A stretch of DNA of 64,000 nt, taken from NCBI RefSeq assembly GCF_009914755.1, contig NC_060937.1; one strand, 5' to 3'. The notes under the pieces were generated by a model that was not told the DNA's origin, did no database searches, and saw only the letters and a list, made by a program, of their open reading frames with translations. Numbering within the stretch: the stretch's first letter is position 1; each line of letters begins with the position of its first letter. Both the position numbers and the translations under genes were made by a program. This stretch comes from the human T2T-CHM13v2.0 reference genome, Homo sapiens. Of this stretch, positions 14,781 through 32,050 are shown one piece after another.

Positions 14781-16399
14781 ATGAAATATCAAAGTTCACA
14801 AACTACATATTATATACTGTACATATAATATCAAAGTACCCAAGGTATATATTCTATACTGTACAAAAAATAACAAAGTACCAAAAGCATGTATAATATA
14901 CTGTACATAAAATATGAAAGTACATCAAATATATATTTTATTCTGTACATAAAATATCAAAGTACACCAGATATATATTCTATAGTGTACATAAAATATC
15001 AAAGTACCCAAACTATACATTATATACTGTAAATAAAATATGAAATTACATCAAATATATTTTATATTAGGTACATAAAATATGAAAGTACATCAAATAT
15101 AGATTATATACTGTACATTGAATACCAAAGTACTCCAAATATATATTTTATACTGTACATGAAATATCAAAGTTCACAAACTATATATTATATACTGTAC
15201 ATAAATTATCAAAGTACCCAAGTTATATATTCTATACTGTACAAAAAATATCAAAGTACCCAAAGCATGTATTATATACTGTACATAAAATATGAAAGTA
15301 CATCAAATATATATTTTATTCTGTACATAATATATCAAAGTACACAAGATATATATTCTATAGTGTACATAAAATAACAAAGTACACAAACTATAAATTA
15401 TATACTGTACATAAAATATGAAATTACATCAAATATATATTAGGTACATAAAATATGAAAGTACATCAAATATAGATTATATACTGTACAAATAATATCA
15501 ATGTACCCCAAATATATATTTTATACTCTACATGAAATATCAAAGTTCACAAACTATACATTAAATACTGTACATAAAATATCAAAGTACCCAAGGTATA
15601 TAATCTATACTGTACAAAAAATATCAAAGTACCCAAAGCATATGTTATATACTGTACATAAAATATGAAAGTACATCAAATATATATTTTATTCTGTACA
15701 TAAAATATCAAAGTACACCAGATATATATTCTATAGTGTACATAAAATATCAAAGTACCCAAACTATACATTATATACTGTACATAAAATTTGAAATTAC
15801 ATCAAATATATATTAGGTACATTAAATATGAAAGTACATCAAATATAGATTATATACTGTACATAAAATATCAAAGTACCCCAAATATATATTATATACT
15901 CCACATGAAATATCAAAGTTCACAAACTATATATTATATACTGTACATAAAATATCAAAGTACCCAAGGTATATATTCTATACTGTACAAAAAATATCAA
16001 AGTACCCAAAGCAGGTATTATATACTGTACATAAAATATGAAAGTACATCAAATATATATTTTATTCTGTACATAAAATATCAAAGTACACCAGATATGT
16101 ATTCTATACTGTACATAAAATAACAAAGTACACAAACTATAAATTATATACTGTACATAAAATATGAAATTACATCAAATATATATTAGGTACCTAAAAT
16201 ATGAAAGTACATCAGATATAGATTATATACTGTACATAAAATATCAATGTACCCCAAATATATATTTTATACTCTACATGAAATATCAAAGTTCACAAAC
16301 CATATATTATATACTGTACATAAAATATCAAAGTACCCAAGGTGTATATTCTATACTGTACAAAAAATATCAAAGTACCCAAAGCATGTATTATATACT

Positions 16400-19300
16400 G
16401 TACATAAAATATGAAAGTACATCAAATATATATTTTATTCTGTACATAAAATATCAAAGTACACCAGATATATATTCTATAGTGTACATAAAATATCAAA
16501 GTACCCAAACTATTTATTATATACTGTACATAAAATATGAAATTACATCAAATATATATTATATTAGGTACATAAAATATGAAAGTACATCAAATATAGA
16601 TTATATACTGTACATGAAATACCAAAGTACCCCAAATATATATTTTATACGGTACATGAAATATCAAAGTTCACAAACTATATATTATATACTGTATATA
16701 AAATATCAAAGTATCCAAGGTATATATTCTATACTGTACAAAAAATATCAAAGTACCCAAAGCATGTATTATATACTGTACATAAAATATGAAAGTACAT
16801 CAAATATATATTTTATTCTGTACATAAAATATCAAAGTACACCAGATATATATTCTATAGTGTACATAAAATATCAAAGTACCCAAACTATACATTATAT
16901 ACTGTACATAAAATATGAAATTACATCAAATTTATATTAGGTACATAAAATATGAAAGTACATCAAATATAGATTATATACTGTACATAAAATATCAAAG
17001 TACCCCAAATATATATTATATACTCTACATGAAATATCAAAGTTCACAAACCATATATTGTATACTGTACATAAAATATCAAAGTACCCAAGGTATATAT
17101 TCTATACTGTACAAAAAATATCAAAGTACCCAAAGCGTGTATTATATACTGTATATAAAATATGAAAGTACATCAAATATATATTTTATTCTGTACATAA
17201 TATATCAAAGTACACCAGATATATATTCTATAGTGTACATAAAATATAAAAGTACCAAAACTATACATTATATACTGTACATAAAATATGAAATTACATC
17301 AAATATATATTATATTAGTTACATAAAATATGAAAGTACATCAAATATAGATTATATACTGTACATTAAATACCAAAGTACCCCAAATATATATTTTATA
17401 CTGTACATGAAATATCAAAGTTCACAAACTATATATTATATACTGTACATAAAATATCAAAGTACCCAAGGTATATATTCTATACTGTACAAAAAATATC
17501 AAAGTACCCAAAGCATGTATTATATACTGTACCTAAAATATGAAAGTACATCAAATATATATTTTATTCTGTACATAAAATATCAAAGTACACCAGATAT
17601 ATATTCTATTGTGTACATAAAATATCAAAGTACCCAAACTATACATTATTTACTGTACATAAAATATGAAATTACATCAAATATATATTATATTAGGTAC
17701 ATAAAATATGAAAGTACATCAAATATAGATTATACACTGTACATAAAATATCAAAGTATCCCAAATATATATTATATACTCTACATGAAATATCAAAGTT
17801 CACAAACTATATATTATATACTGTACATAAAATAAAGTCCCCAAGGTATATATTCTATACTGTAGAAAAAATATCAAAGTACCCAAAGCATGTATTATAT
17901 ACTGTATATAAAATATGAAAGTACATCAAATATATATTTTATTCTGTACATAATATATCAAAGTACACCAGATATATATTCTATAGTGTACATAAAATAA
18001 CAAAGTACAAAAACTATAAATTATATACTGTACATAAAATATGAAATTACATCAAATATATATTAGGTACATAAAATATGAAAGTACATCAAATATAGAT
18101 TATATACTGTACATAAAATTTCAATGTACCCCAAATATATATTTTATACTCTACATGAAATATCAAAGTTCACAAACCATATATTATATACTGTACATAA
18201 AATATCAAAGTACCCAAGGTATATATTCTATACTATACAAAAAATATCAAAGTACCCAAAGCATGTATTATATACTGTACCTAAAATATGAAAGTACATC
18301 AAATATATATTTTATTCTGTACATAAAATATCAAAGTACACCAGATATATATTCTATAGTGTACATAAAATATCAAAGTACACAAACTATACATTATATA
18401 CTGTACATAAAATATGAAATTACATCAAATATATTTTATATTAGGTACATAAAATATGAAAGTACATCAAATATAGATTATATACTGTACATTAAATACC
18501 AAAGTACCCCAAATATATATTTTATACTGTACATGAAATATCAAAGTTCACAAACTGTATATTATATACTGTACATATAATATCAAAGTACCCAAGGTAT
18601 ATATTCTATACTGTACAAAAAATAACAAAGTACCAAAAGCATGTATAATATACTGTACATAAAATATGAAAGTACATCAAATATATATTTTATTCTGTAC
18701 ATAAAATATCAAAGTACACCAGATATATATTCTATAGTGTACATAAAATATCAAAGTACCCAAACTATTTATTATATACTGTACATAAAATATGAAATTA
18801 CATCAAATATATATTATATTAGGTACATAAAATATGAAAGTACATCAAATATAGATTATATACTGTACATGAAATACCAAAGTACCCCAAATATATATTT
18901 TATACGGTACATGAAATATCAAAGTTCACAAACTATATATTATATACTGTATATAAAATATCAAAGTATCCAAGGTATATATTCTATACTGTACAAAAAA
19001 TATCAAAGTACCCAAAGCATGTATTATATACTGTACATAAAATATGAAAGTACATCAAATATATATTTTATTCTGTACATAAAATATCAAAGTACACCAG
19101 ATATATATTCTATAGTGTACATAAAATATCAAAGTACCCAAACTATACATTATATACTGTACATAAAATATGAAATTACATCAAATTTATATTAGGTACA
19201 TAAAATATGAAAGTACATCAAATATAGATTATATACTGTACATAAAATATCAAAGTACCCCAAATATATATTATATACTCTACATGAAATATCAAAGTTC

Positions 19301-20905
19301 ACAAACCATATATTGTATACTGTACATAAAATATCAAAGTACCCAAGGTATATATTCTATACTGTACAAAAAATATCAAAGTACCCAAAGCGTGTATTAT
19401 ATACTGTATATAAAATATGAAAGTACATCAAATATATATTTTATTCTGTACATAATATATCAAAGTACACCAGATATATATTCTATAGTGTACATAAAAT
19501 ATAAAAGTACCAAAACTATACATTATATACTGTACATAAAATATGAAATTACATCAAATATATATTATATTAGTTACATAAAATATGAAAGTACATCAAA
19601 TATAGATTATATACTGTACATTAAATACCAAAGTACCCCAAATATATATTTTATACTGTACATGAAATATCAAAGTTCACAAACTATATATTATATACTG
19701 TACATAAAATATCAAAGTACCCAAGGTATCTATTCTATACTGTACAAAAAATATCAAAGTACCCAAAGCATGTATTATATACTGTACCTAAAATATGAAA
19801 GTACATCAAATATATATTTTATTCTGTACATAAAATATCAAAGTACACCAGATATATATTCTATTGTGTACATAAAATATCAAAGTACCCAAACTATACA
19901 TTATTTACTGTACATAAAATATGAAATTACATCAAATATATATTATATTAGGTACATAAAATATGAAAGTACATCAAATATAGATTATACACTGTACATA
20001 AAATATCAAAGTATCCCAAATATATATTATATACTCTACATGAAATATCAAAGTTCACAAACTATATATTATATACTGTACATAAAATAAAGTCCCCAAG
20101 GTATATATTCTATACTGTAGAAAAAATATCAAAGTACCCAAAGCATGTATTATATACTGTATATAAAATATGAAAGTACATCAAATATATATTTTATTCT
20201 GTACATAATATATCAAAGTACACCAGATATATATTCTATAGTGTACATAAAATAACAAAGTACAAAAACTATAAATTATATACTGTACATAAAATATGAA
20301 ATTACATCAAATATATATTAGGTACATAAAATATGAAAGTACATCAAATATAGATTATATACTGTACATAAAATTTCAATGTACCCCAAATATATATTTT
20401 ATACTCTACATGAAATATCAAAGTTCACAAACCATATATTATATACTGTACATAAAATATCAAAGTACCCAAGGTATATATTCTATACTATACAAAAAAT
20501 ATCAAAGTACCCAAAGCATGTATTATATACTGTACCTAAAATATGAAAGTACATCAAATATATATTTTATTCTGTACATAAAATATCAAAGTACACCAGA
20601 TATATATTCTATAGTGTACATAAAATATCAAAGTACCCAAACTATACATTATATACTGTACATAAAATATGAAATTACATCAAATATATTTTATATTAGG
20701 TACATAAAATATGAAAGTACATCAAATATAGATTATATACTGTACATTAAATACCAAAGTACCCCAAATATATATTTTATACTGTACATGAAATATCAAA
20801 GTTCACAAACTGTATATTATATACTGTACATATAATATCAAAGTACCCAAGGTATATATTCTATACTGTACAAAAAATAACAAAGTACCAAAAGCATGTA
20901 TAATA
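16400..20905 (+). repeat. Near-perfect 2,255-bp tandem duplication (2 x 6 HOR units)
   Basis: ORFs 16915/19170 (306 aa) and 18041/20296 (179 aa) have identical translations at offset 2255. TATTTATT lies at 16511 and 18766. Confidence 0.95.
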
Positions 20906-23900
20906 TACTGTACATAAAATATGAAAGTACATCAAATATATATTTTATTCTGTACATAAAATATCAAAGTACACCAGATATATATTCTATAGTGTACATA
21001 AAATATCAAAGTACCCAAACTATACATTATATACTGTAAATAAAATATGAAATTACATCAAATATATTTTATATTAGGTACATAAAATATGAAAGTACAT
21101 CAAATATAGATTATATACTGTACATTAAATAGCAAAGTACCCCAAATATATATTTTATACTGTACATGAAATATCAAAGTTCACAAACCATACTTTATAT
21201 ACTGTACATAAATTATCAAAGTACCCAAGGTATATATTCTATACTGTACAAAAATTATCAAAGTACCCAAAGTATGTATTATATACTGTACATAAAATAT
21301 GAAAGTACATCAAATATATATTTTATTCTGTACATAAAATATCAAAGTACACCAGATATATATTCTATAGTGTACATAAAATATCAAAGTACCCAAACTA
21401 TACATTATATACTGTACATAAAATATGAAATTACATCAAATTTATATTAGGTACATAAAATATGAAAGTATATCAAATATAGATTATATATTGTACATAA
21501 AATATCAAAGTACCCCAAATATATATTATATACTCTACATGAAATATCAAAGTTCACAAACCATATATTGTATACTGTACATAAACTATCAAAGTACCCA
21601 AGGTATATATTCTATACTGTACAAAAAATATCAAAGTACCCAAAGCGTGTATTATATACTGTATATAAAATATGAAAGTACATCAAATATATATTTTATT
21701 CTGTACATAATATATCAAAGTACACCAGATATATATTCTATAGTGTACATAAAATATCAAAGTACCCAAACTATACATTATATACTGTACATAAAATATG
21801 AAATTACATGAAATATATATTATATTAGGTACATAAAATATGAAAGCACATCAAATATAGATTATATACTGTACATTAAATACCAAAGTACCCCAAATAT
21901 ATATTTTATACTGTACATGAAATATCAAAGTTCACAAACTATATATTATATACTGTACATAAAATATCAAAGTACCCAAGGAATATATTCTATACTGTAC
22001 AAAAAATATCAACGTACCCGAAGCATGTATTATATACTCCATATAAAATATGAAAGTACATCACATATATATTTTATTCTGTACATAAAATATCAATGTA
22101 CACCAGATATATATTCTATAGTGTACATAAAATAACAAAGTACAAAAACTATAAATTATATGCTGTACATAAAATATGAAATTACATCAAATATATATTA
22201 GGTACATAAAATATGAAAGTACATCAAATATAGATTATATACTGTACATAAAATATCAATGTACCCCAAATATATATTTTATACTCTACATGAAATATCA
22301 AAGTTCACAAACCATATATTATATACTGTACATAAAATATCAAAGTACCCAAGGTATATATTCTATACTGTACAAAAAATATCAAAGTACCCAAAGCATG
22401 TATTATATACTGTACATAAAATATGAAAGTACATCAAATATATATTTTATTCTGTACATAAAATATCAAAGTACACCAGATATATATTCTATAGTGTATA
22501 TAAAATATCAAAGTACCCAAACTATACATTATATACTGTACATAAAATATGAAATTACATCAAATATATATTATATTAGGTACATAAAATATGAAAGCAC
22601 ATCAAATATAGATTATATACTGTACATTAAGTACCAAAGTACCCCAAATATATATTTTATACTGTACATCAAATATCAAAGTTCACACACTATATATTAT
22701 ATACTGTACATAAAATATCAAAGTACCCAAGGTATATATTCTATACTGTACAAAAAATATCAAAGTACCCAAAGCATGTATTATATACTGTACATAAAAT
22801 ATGAAAGTACATCAAATATATATTTAATTCTGTACATAAAATATCAAAGTACACCAGATATATATTCTATAGTGTACATAAAATATCAAAGTACCCAAAC
22901 TATACATGATATACTGTACATAAAATATGAAATTACATCAAATATATATTATATTAGGTACATAAAATATGAAAGTACATCAAATATAGATTATATACTG
23001 TACATAAAATATCAAAGTACCCCAAATATATATTATATACTCTTCATGAAATATCAAAGTTCACAAACTATATATTATATACTGTACATAAAATATCAAA
23101 GTACCCAAGGTATATATTCTATACTGTATAAAAAATATCAAAGTATCCAAAGCATGTATTATATACTGTATATAAAATATGAAAGTACATTAAATATATA
23201 TTTTATTCTCTACATAAAATATCAAAGTACACCAGATATATATTCTATAGTGTACATAAAATAACAAAGTACACAAACTATAAATTATATACTGTACATA
23301 AAATATGAAATTACATCAAATATATATTAGGTACATAAAATATGAAAGTACATCAAATATAGATTATATACTGGACATATAATATCAATGTACCCCAAAT
23401 ATATATTTTATACTCTACATGAAATTTCAAAGTTCACAAACCATACTTTATATACTGTACATAAAATATCAAAGTACCCAAGGTATATATTCTATACTGT
23501 ACAAAAAATATCAAAGTACCCAAAGCATGTATTATATACTGTACATAAAATATGAAAGTACATCAAATATATATTTTATTCTGTACATAAAATATCAAAG
23601 TACACCAGATATATATTCTATAGTGTACATAAAATATCAAAGTCCCCAACCTATACATTATATACGGTACATAAAATATGAAATTACATCAAATATATTT
23701 TATATTAGGTACATAAAATATGAAAGTACATCAAATATAGATTATATACTGTACATAAAATATCAAAGTACCCCAAATATATATTATATACTCTACATGA
23801 AATATCAAAGTTCACAAACTATATATTATATACTGTACATAAAATATCAAAGTACCCAAGGTATATATTCTATACTGCACAAAAAATATCAAAGTACCCA

Positions 23901-26299
23901 AAGCATGTATTATAAACTGTACATAAAATATGAAAGTACATCAAATATATATTTTATTCTGTACATAAAATATCAAAGTACACCAGATATATATTCTATA
24001 GTGTACATAAAATATCAAAGTACCCAAACTATACATTATATACTGTACATAAAATATGAAATTACATCAAATATATATTAGGTACATAAAATATGAAAGT
24101 ACATCTAATATAGATTATATACTGTACATAAAATATCAATGTACCCCAAATATATATTTTATACTCTACATGAAATATCAAAGTTCAGAAACCATATATT
24201 GTATACTGTACATAAAATATCAAAATACCCAAGGTATATATTCTATACTGTACAAAAAATATCAAAGTACCCAAAGCATGTATTATATACTGTACATAAA
24301 ATATGAAAGTACATCAAATATATATTTTACTCTGTACAGAAAATATCAAAGTACACCAGTTATATATTCTATAGTGTACATAAAATATCAAAGTACCCAA
24401 GCTATACATTATATACTGTACATAAAATATGAGATTACATCAAATATATATTATATTAGGTACAAAAAATATGAAAGTACATCAAATATAGATTATATAC
24501 TGTACATAAAATATCAAAGTACACCAAATATATATTATATACTCTACATGAAATATCAAAGTTCACAAACTATATATTATATACTGTACATAAAATATCA
24601 AAGTACCCAAGGTATATATTCTATACTGTACAAAAAATATCAAAGTACGCAAAGCATGTATTATATACTGTATATAAAATATGAAAGTACATTAAATATA
24701 TATTTTATTCTGTACATAAAATATCAAAGTACACCAGATATATATTCTATAGTGTACATAAAATAACAAAGTACACAAACTATAAATTATATACTGTACA
24801 TAAAATATGAAATTACATCAAATATATATTATATTAGTTACATAAAATATGAAAGCACATCAAATATAGATTATATACTGTACATTAAATACCAAAGTAC
24901 CCCAAATATATATTTTATTCTGTACATCAAATATCAAAGTTCACAAACTATATATTATATACTGTACATAAAATATCAAAGTACCCATGTTATATATTCT
25001 ACACTGTACAAAAAATATCAAAGTACCCAAAGCATGTATTATATACTGTACATAAAATATGAAAGTACATCAAATATATATTTTATTCTGTATATAAAAT
25101 ATCAAAGTACACCAGATATATATTCTACAGTGTACATAAAATATCAAAGTACCCAAACTATACATTATACACTGTACATAAAATATGAAATTACATCAAA
25201 TATATATTATATTAGGTACATAAAATATGAAAGTACATCAAATATAGATTATATACTGTACATTAAATATCAAAGTACCCCAAATATATATTATATACTC
25301 TACATGAAATATCAAAGTTCACAAACTATATATTATATACTGTACATAAAATATCAAAGTACCCAAGGTATATATTCTATACTGTACAAAAAATATCAAA
25401 GTACCCAAAGCATGTATTATATACTGTATATAAAATATGAAAGTACATTAAATATATATTTTATTCTGTACATAAAATATCAAAGTACACCAGATATATA
25501 TTCTATAGTGTACATAAAATAACAAAGTACCCAAACTATACATTATATACTGTACATAAAATATGAAATTACATCAAATATATATTAAGTACATAAAATA
25601 TGAAAGTACATCAAATATAGATTATATACTGTACATAAAATATCAATGTACCCCAAATATATATTTTATACTCTACATGAAATATCAAATTTCACAAACC
25701 ATATATTATATACTGTACATAAAATATCAAAGTACCCAAGGTATATATTCTATACTGTACAAAAAATATCAAAGTACCCAAAACATGTATTATATACTGT
25801 ACATAAAATATGAAAGTACATCAAATATATATTTTATTCTGTACATAAAATAATAAAGTACACCAGATATATATTCTATAGTGTACATAAAATATCAAAG
25901 TACCCAAACTATACATTATATACTGTACATAAAATATGAGATTACATCAAATATATATTATATTAGGTACATAAAATATGAAAGTACATCAAATATAGAT
26001 TATATACTGTACATAAAATGTCAAAGTAGCCCAAATATATATTATATACTCTACATGAAATATCAAAGTTCACAAACTATATATTATATACTGTACATAA
26101 AATATCAAAGTACCCAAGGTATATATTCTATACTGTACAAAAAATATCAAAGTACCCAAAGCATGTATTATATACTGTATATAAAATATGAAAGTACATT
26201 AAATATATATTTTATTCTGTACATAAAATATCAAATTACACCAGATATATATTCTATAGTGTACATAAAATAACAAAGTACACAAACTATAAATTATAT

Positions 26300-28750
26300 A
26301 CTGTACATAAAATATGAAATTACATCAAATATATATTAGGTACATAAAATATGAAAGTACATCAAATATAGTTTATATACTGTACATATATCGATGTACC
26401 CCAAATATATAATTTATACTCTACATGAAATATCAAAGTTCACAAACCATACATTATATACTGTACATAAAATATCAAAGTACCCAAGGTATATATTCTA
26501 TACTGTACGAAAAATATCAAAGTTCCCAAAGGATGTATCATACACTGTACATAAAATAAGAAAGTACATCAAATATATATTTTATTCTGTACATAAAATA
26601 TCAAAGTACACCAGATATATATTCTATAGTGTACATAAAATATCAAAGTACCCAAACTATACATTATATACTGTACATAAAATATGAAATTACATCAAAT
26701 ATATATTAGGTACATAAAATATGAAAGTACATCAAATATAGGTTATATACTGTACATAAAATATCAAAGTACACCAAATATATATTATATACTCTACATG
26801 AAATATCAAAGTTCACAAACTATATATTATATACTGTACATAAAATATCAAAGTACCAAAGGTGTATATTCTATACTGTACAAAAGATATCAAAGTACCC
26901 AAAGCATGTATTATATACTGTACATAAAATATGAAAGTACATCAAATATATATTTTATTCTGTACATAAAATATCAAAGTACACCAGATATATATTCTAT
27001 AGTGTACATAAAATATCAAAGTACCCAAACTATTTATTATATACTGTACATAAAATATGAAATTACATCAAATATATATTATATTAGGTACATAAAATAT
27101 GAACGTACATCAAATATAGATTATATGCTGTATATTAAATACCAAAGTACCCCAAATATATATTTTATACTGTACATGAAATCTCAAAGTTAACAAACTA
27201 TATATTATATACTGTACATAAAATATCAAAGTACCCAAGGTATATATTCTATACTGTACAAAAAATATCAAAGTACCCAAAGCACGTATTATATACTGTA
27301 CATAAAATATGAAAGTACATCATATATATATTTTATTCTGTACATAAAATATCAATGTACACCAGATATATATTCTATAGTGTACATAAAATATCAAAGT
27401 ACCCAAACTATACATTATATACTGTACATAATATATGAGATTACATCAAATATATATTATATTAGGTAGAAAAAATATGAAAGTACATCAAATATAGATT
27501 ATATACTGTACATAAAATATCAAAGTACACCAAATATATATCATATACTCTACATGAAATATCAAAGTTCACAAACTATATATTATATACTGTACATAAA
27601 ATATCAAAGTACCCAAGGTATATATTCTATACTGTACAAAAAATATCAAAGTACGCAAAGCATGTATTATATACTGTACATAAAATATGAAAGTACATTA
27701 AATATATATTTTATTCTTTACATAAAATATCAAAGTACACCAGATATATATTCTATAGTGTACATAAAATAACAAAGTACACAAACTATAAATTATATGC
27801 TGTACATAAAATATGAAATTACATCAAATATATATTAGGTAAATAAAATATGAAAGTACATCAAATATATATTTTATTCTGTACATAAAATATCAAAGTA
27901 CACCAGATATATATTCTATAGTGTACATAAAATATCAAGGTACCCAAACTATACATTAAATACTGTACATAAAATATGAAAATACATCAAATATATTTTA
28001 TATTAGGTACATAAAATATGAAAGTACATCAAATATAGATTATATACTGTACATAAAATATCAAAGTACCCCAAATATATATTATATACTCTACATGAAA
28101 TATCAAAGTTCACAAACTACATATTATATACTGTACATAAAATATCAAAGTCCCCAAGGTATATATTCCATACTGCACAAAAAATATCAAAGTACCCAAA
28201 GCATGTATTATAAACTGTACATAAAATATGAAAGTACATCAAATATATATTTTATTCTGTACATAAAATATCAAAGTACACCAGATATATATTCTATAGT
28301 GTAGATAAAATATCAAAGTACCCAAACTATACATTATATACTGTACATAAAATATGAAATTACATCAAATATATATTAGGTCCATAAAATATGAAAGTAC
28401 ATCTAATATAGATTATATACTGTACATAAAATATCAATGTACCCCAAATATATATTTTATACTCTACATGAAATATCAAGGTTCAGAAACCATATATGGT
28501 ATACTGTACATAAAATATCAAAATACCCAAGGTATATATTCTATACTGTACAAAAAATATCAAAGTACCCAAAGCATGTATTATACACTGTACATAAAAT
28601 ATGAAAGTAGATCAAATATATATTTTATTCTGTACATAAAATATCAAAGTACACCAGTTATATATTCTATAGTGTACATAAAATATCAAAGTACCCAAAC
28701 TATACATTATATACTGTACATAAAATATGAAATTACATCAAATATATATT
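26300..28750 (+). repeat. Dispersed duplication, copy 1 (partner at +9,205 bp), including a 168-bp 4-mer HOR at ~27840
   Basis: Shared rare variants ATAGTTTAT plus a 3-bp deletion, ATAGGTTAT, GAACGTAC, AGGTCCAT and the same M9/M5 junction. ORF pairs 26684/35889 and 28354/37559. Confidence 0.9.
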
Positions 28751-31700
28751 AGGTACATAAAATATGAAAGTACATCAAATATAGATTATATACTGTACAT
28801 AAAATATCAAAGTACCCCAAATATATATTATATACTCTACATGAAATATCAAAGTTCACAAACTATATATTATATACTGTACATAAAATATCAAAGTACC
28901 CAAGGTATATATTCTATACTGCACAAAAAATATCAAAGTACCCAAAGCATGTATTATAAACTGTACATAAAATATGAAAGTACATCAAATATATATTTTA
29001 TTCTGTACATAAAATATAAAAGTACACCAGATATATATTCTATAGTGTACATAAAATATCAAAGTACCCAAACTATACATTATATACTGTACATAAAATA
29101 TGAAATTACATCAAATATATATTAGGTACATAAAATATGAAAGTACATCTAATATAGATTATATACTGTACATAAAATATCAATGTACCCCAAATATATA
29201 TTTTATACTCTACACGAAATATCAAAGTTCAGAAAGCATATATTGTATACTGTACATAAAATATCAAAATACCCAAGGTATATATTCTATACTGTACAAA
29301 AAATATCAAAGTACCCAAAGCATGTATTATATACTGTACATAAAATATGAAAGTACATCAAATATATATTTTATTCTGTACATAAAATATCAAAGTACAC
29401 AAGTTATATATTCTATAGTGTACATAAAATATCAAAGTACCCAAACTATACATTATATACTGTACATAAAATATGAGATTACATCAAATATATATTATAT
29501 TAGGTACAAAAAATATGAAAGTACATCAAATATAGATTATATACTGTACATAAAATATCAAAGTACCCCAAATATATATTATATACTCTACATGAAATAT
29601 CAAAGTTCACAAACTATATATTATATACTGTACATAAAATATCAAAGTACCCAACGTATATATTCTATACTGTACAAAAAATATCAAAGTACGCAAAGCA
29701 TGTATTATATACTGTATATAAAATATGAAAGTACATTAAATATATATTTTATTCTGTACATAAAATATCAAAGTACACCAGATATATATTCTATAGTGTA
29801 CATAAAATAACAAAGTACACAAACTATAAATTATATACTGTACATAAAATATGAAATTACATCAAATATATATTAGGTAAATAAAATATGAAAGTAAATG
29901 AAATATAGATTATATACTGTACATATAATATCAATGTACCGCAAATATATATTTTATACTCTACATGAAATATCAAAGTTCACAAACCATATATTATATA
30001 CTGTACATAAAATATCAAAGTACCCAAGGTATATATTCTATACTGTACAAAAAATATCAAAGTACCCAAAGCATGTATTATATACTGTACATAAAATATG
30101 AAAGTACATCAAATATATATTTTATTCTGTACATAAAATATCAAAGTACACCAGATATATATTCTATAGTGTACATAAAATATCAAAGTACCCAAACTAT
30201 ACATTATATACGGTACATAAAATATGAAATTACATCAAATATATTTTATATTAGGTACATAAAATATGAAATTACATCAAATATAGATTATATACTGTAC
30301 ATAAAATATCAAAGTACCCCAAATATATATTATATACTCTACATGAAATATCAAAGTTCACAAACTATATATTATATACTGTACATAAAATATCAAAGTA
30401 CCCAAGGTATATATTCTATACTGCACAAAAAATATCAAAGTACCCAAAGCATGTATTATAAACTGTACATAAAATATGAAAGTACATCAAATATATATTT
30501 TATTCTGTACATAAAATATCAAAGTACACCAGATATATATTCTATAGTGTACATAAAATATCAAAGTACCCAAACTATACATTATATACTGTACATAAAA
30601 TATGAAATTACATCAAATATATATTAGGTACATAAAATATGAAAGTACATCTAATATAGATTATATACTGTACATAAAATATCAATGTACCCCAAATATA
30701 TATTTTATACTCTACATGAAATATCAAAGTTCACAAACCATATATTATATACTGTACATAAAATATCAAAGTACCCAAGGTATATATTCTATACTGTACA
30801 AAAAATATCAAAGTACACAAAGCATGTATTATATACTGTACATAAAATATGAAAGTACATCAAATATATATTTTATTCTGTACATAAAATATCAAAGTAC
30901 ACCAGATATATATACTATAGTGTACATAAAATATCAAAGTACCCAAACTATACATTATACACTGTACATAAAATATGAAATTACATCAAATATATATTAT
31001 ATTAGGTACATAAAATATGAAAGCACATCAAATATAGATTATATACTGAACATTAAATACCAAAGTACCCCAAATATATATTTTATACTGTACATCAAAT
31101 ATCAAAGTTCACAAACTATATATTATATACTCTACATAAAATATCAAAGTACCCATGGTATATATTCTATACTGTACAAAAAATATCAAAGTACCCAAAG
31201 CATGTATTATATACTGTACATAAAATATGAAAGTACATCAAATATATATTTTATTCTGTATATAAAATATCAAAGTACACCAGATATATATTCTATAGTG
31301 TACATAAAATATCAAAGTACCCAAACTATACATTATATACTGTACATAAAATATGAAATTACATCAAATATATATTATATTAGGTACATAAAATATGAAA
31401 GTACATCAAATATAGATTATATACTGTACATAAAACATCAAAGTACCCCAAATATATATTATATACTCTACATGAAATATCAAAGTTCACAAACTATATA
31501 TTATATACTGTACATAAAATATCAAAGTACCCAAGGTATATATTCTATACTGTACAAAAAATATCAAAGTACCCAAAGCATGTATTATATACTGTACATA
31601 AAATATGAAAGTACATCAAATATATATTTTATTCTGTACATAAAATATCAAAGTACACCAGATATATATTCTATAGTGTACATAAAATAACAAAGTACAC

Positions 31701-32050
31701 AAACTATAAAGTATATACTGTACATAAAATATGCAATTACATCAAATATATTTTAGGTACATAAAATATGAAAGTACATCAAATATAGATTATATACTGT
31801 ACATATAATATCAATGTACCCCAAATATATATTTTATACTCTACATGAAATATCAAAGTTCACAAACCATACATTATATACTGTACATAAAATATCAAAG
31901 TACCCAAGGTATATATTCTATACTGTACAAAAAATATCAAAGTACCCAAACCATGTATTATATACTGTACATAAAATATGAAAGTACATCAAATATATAT
32001 TTTATTCTGTACATAAAATATCAAAGTACACCAGATATATATTCTATAGT

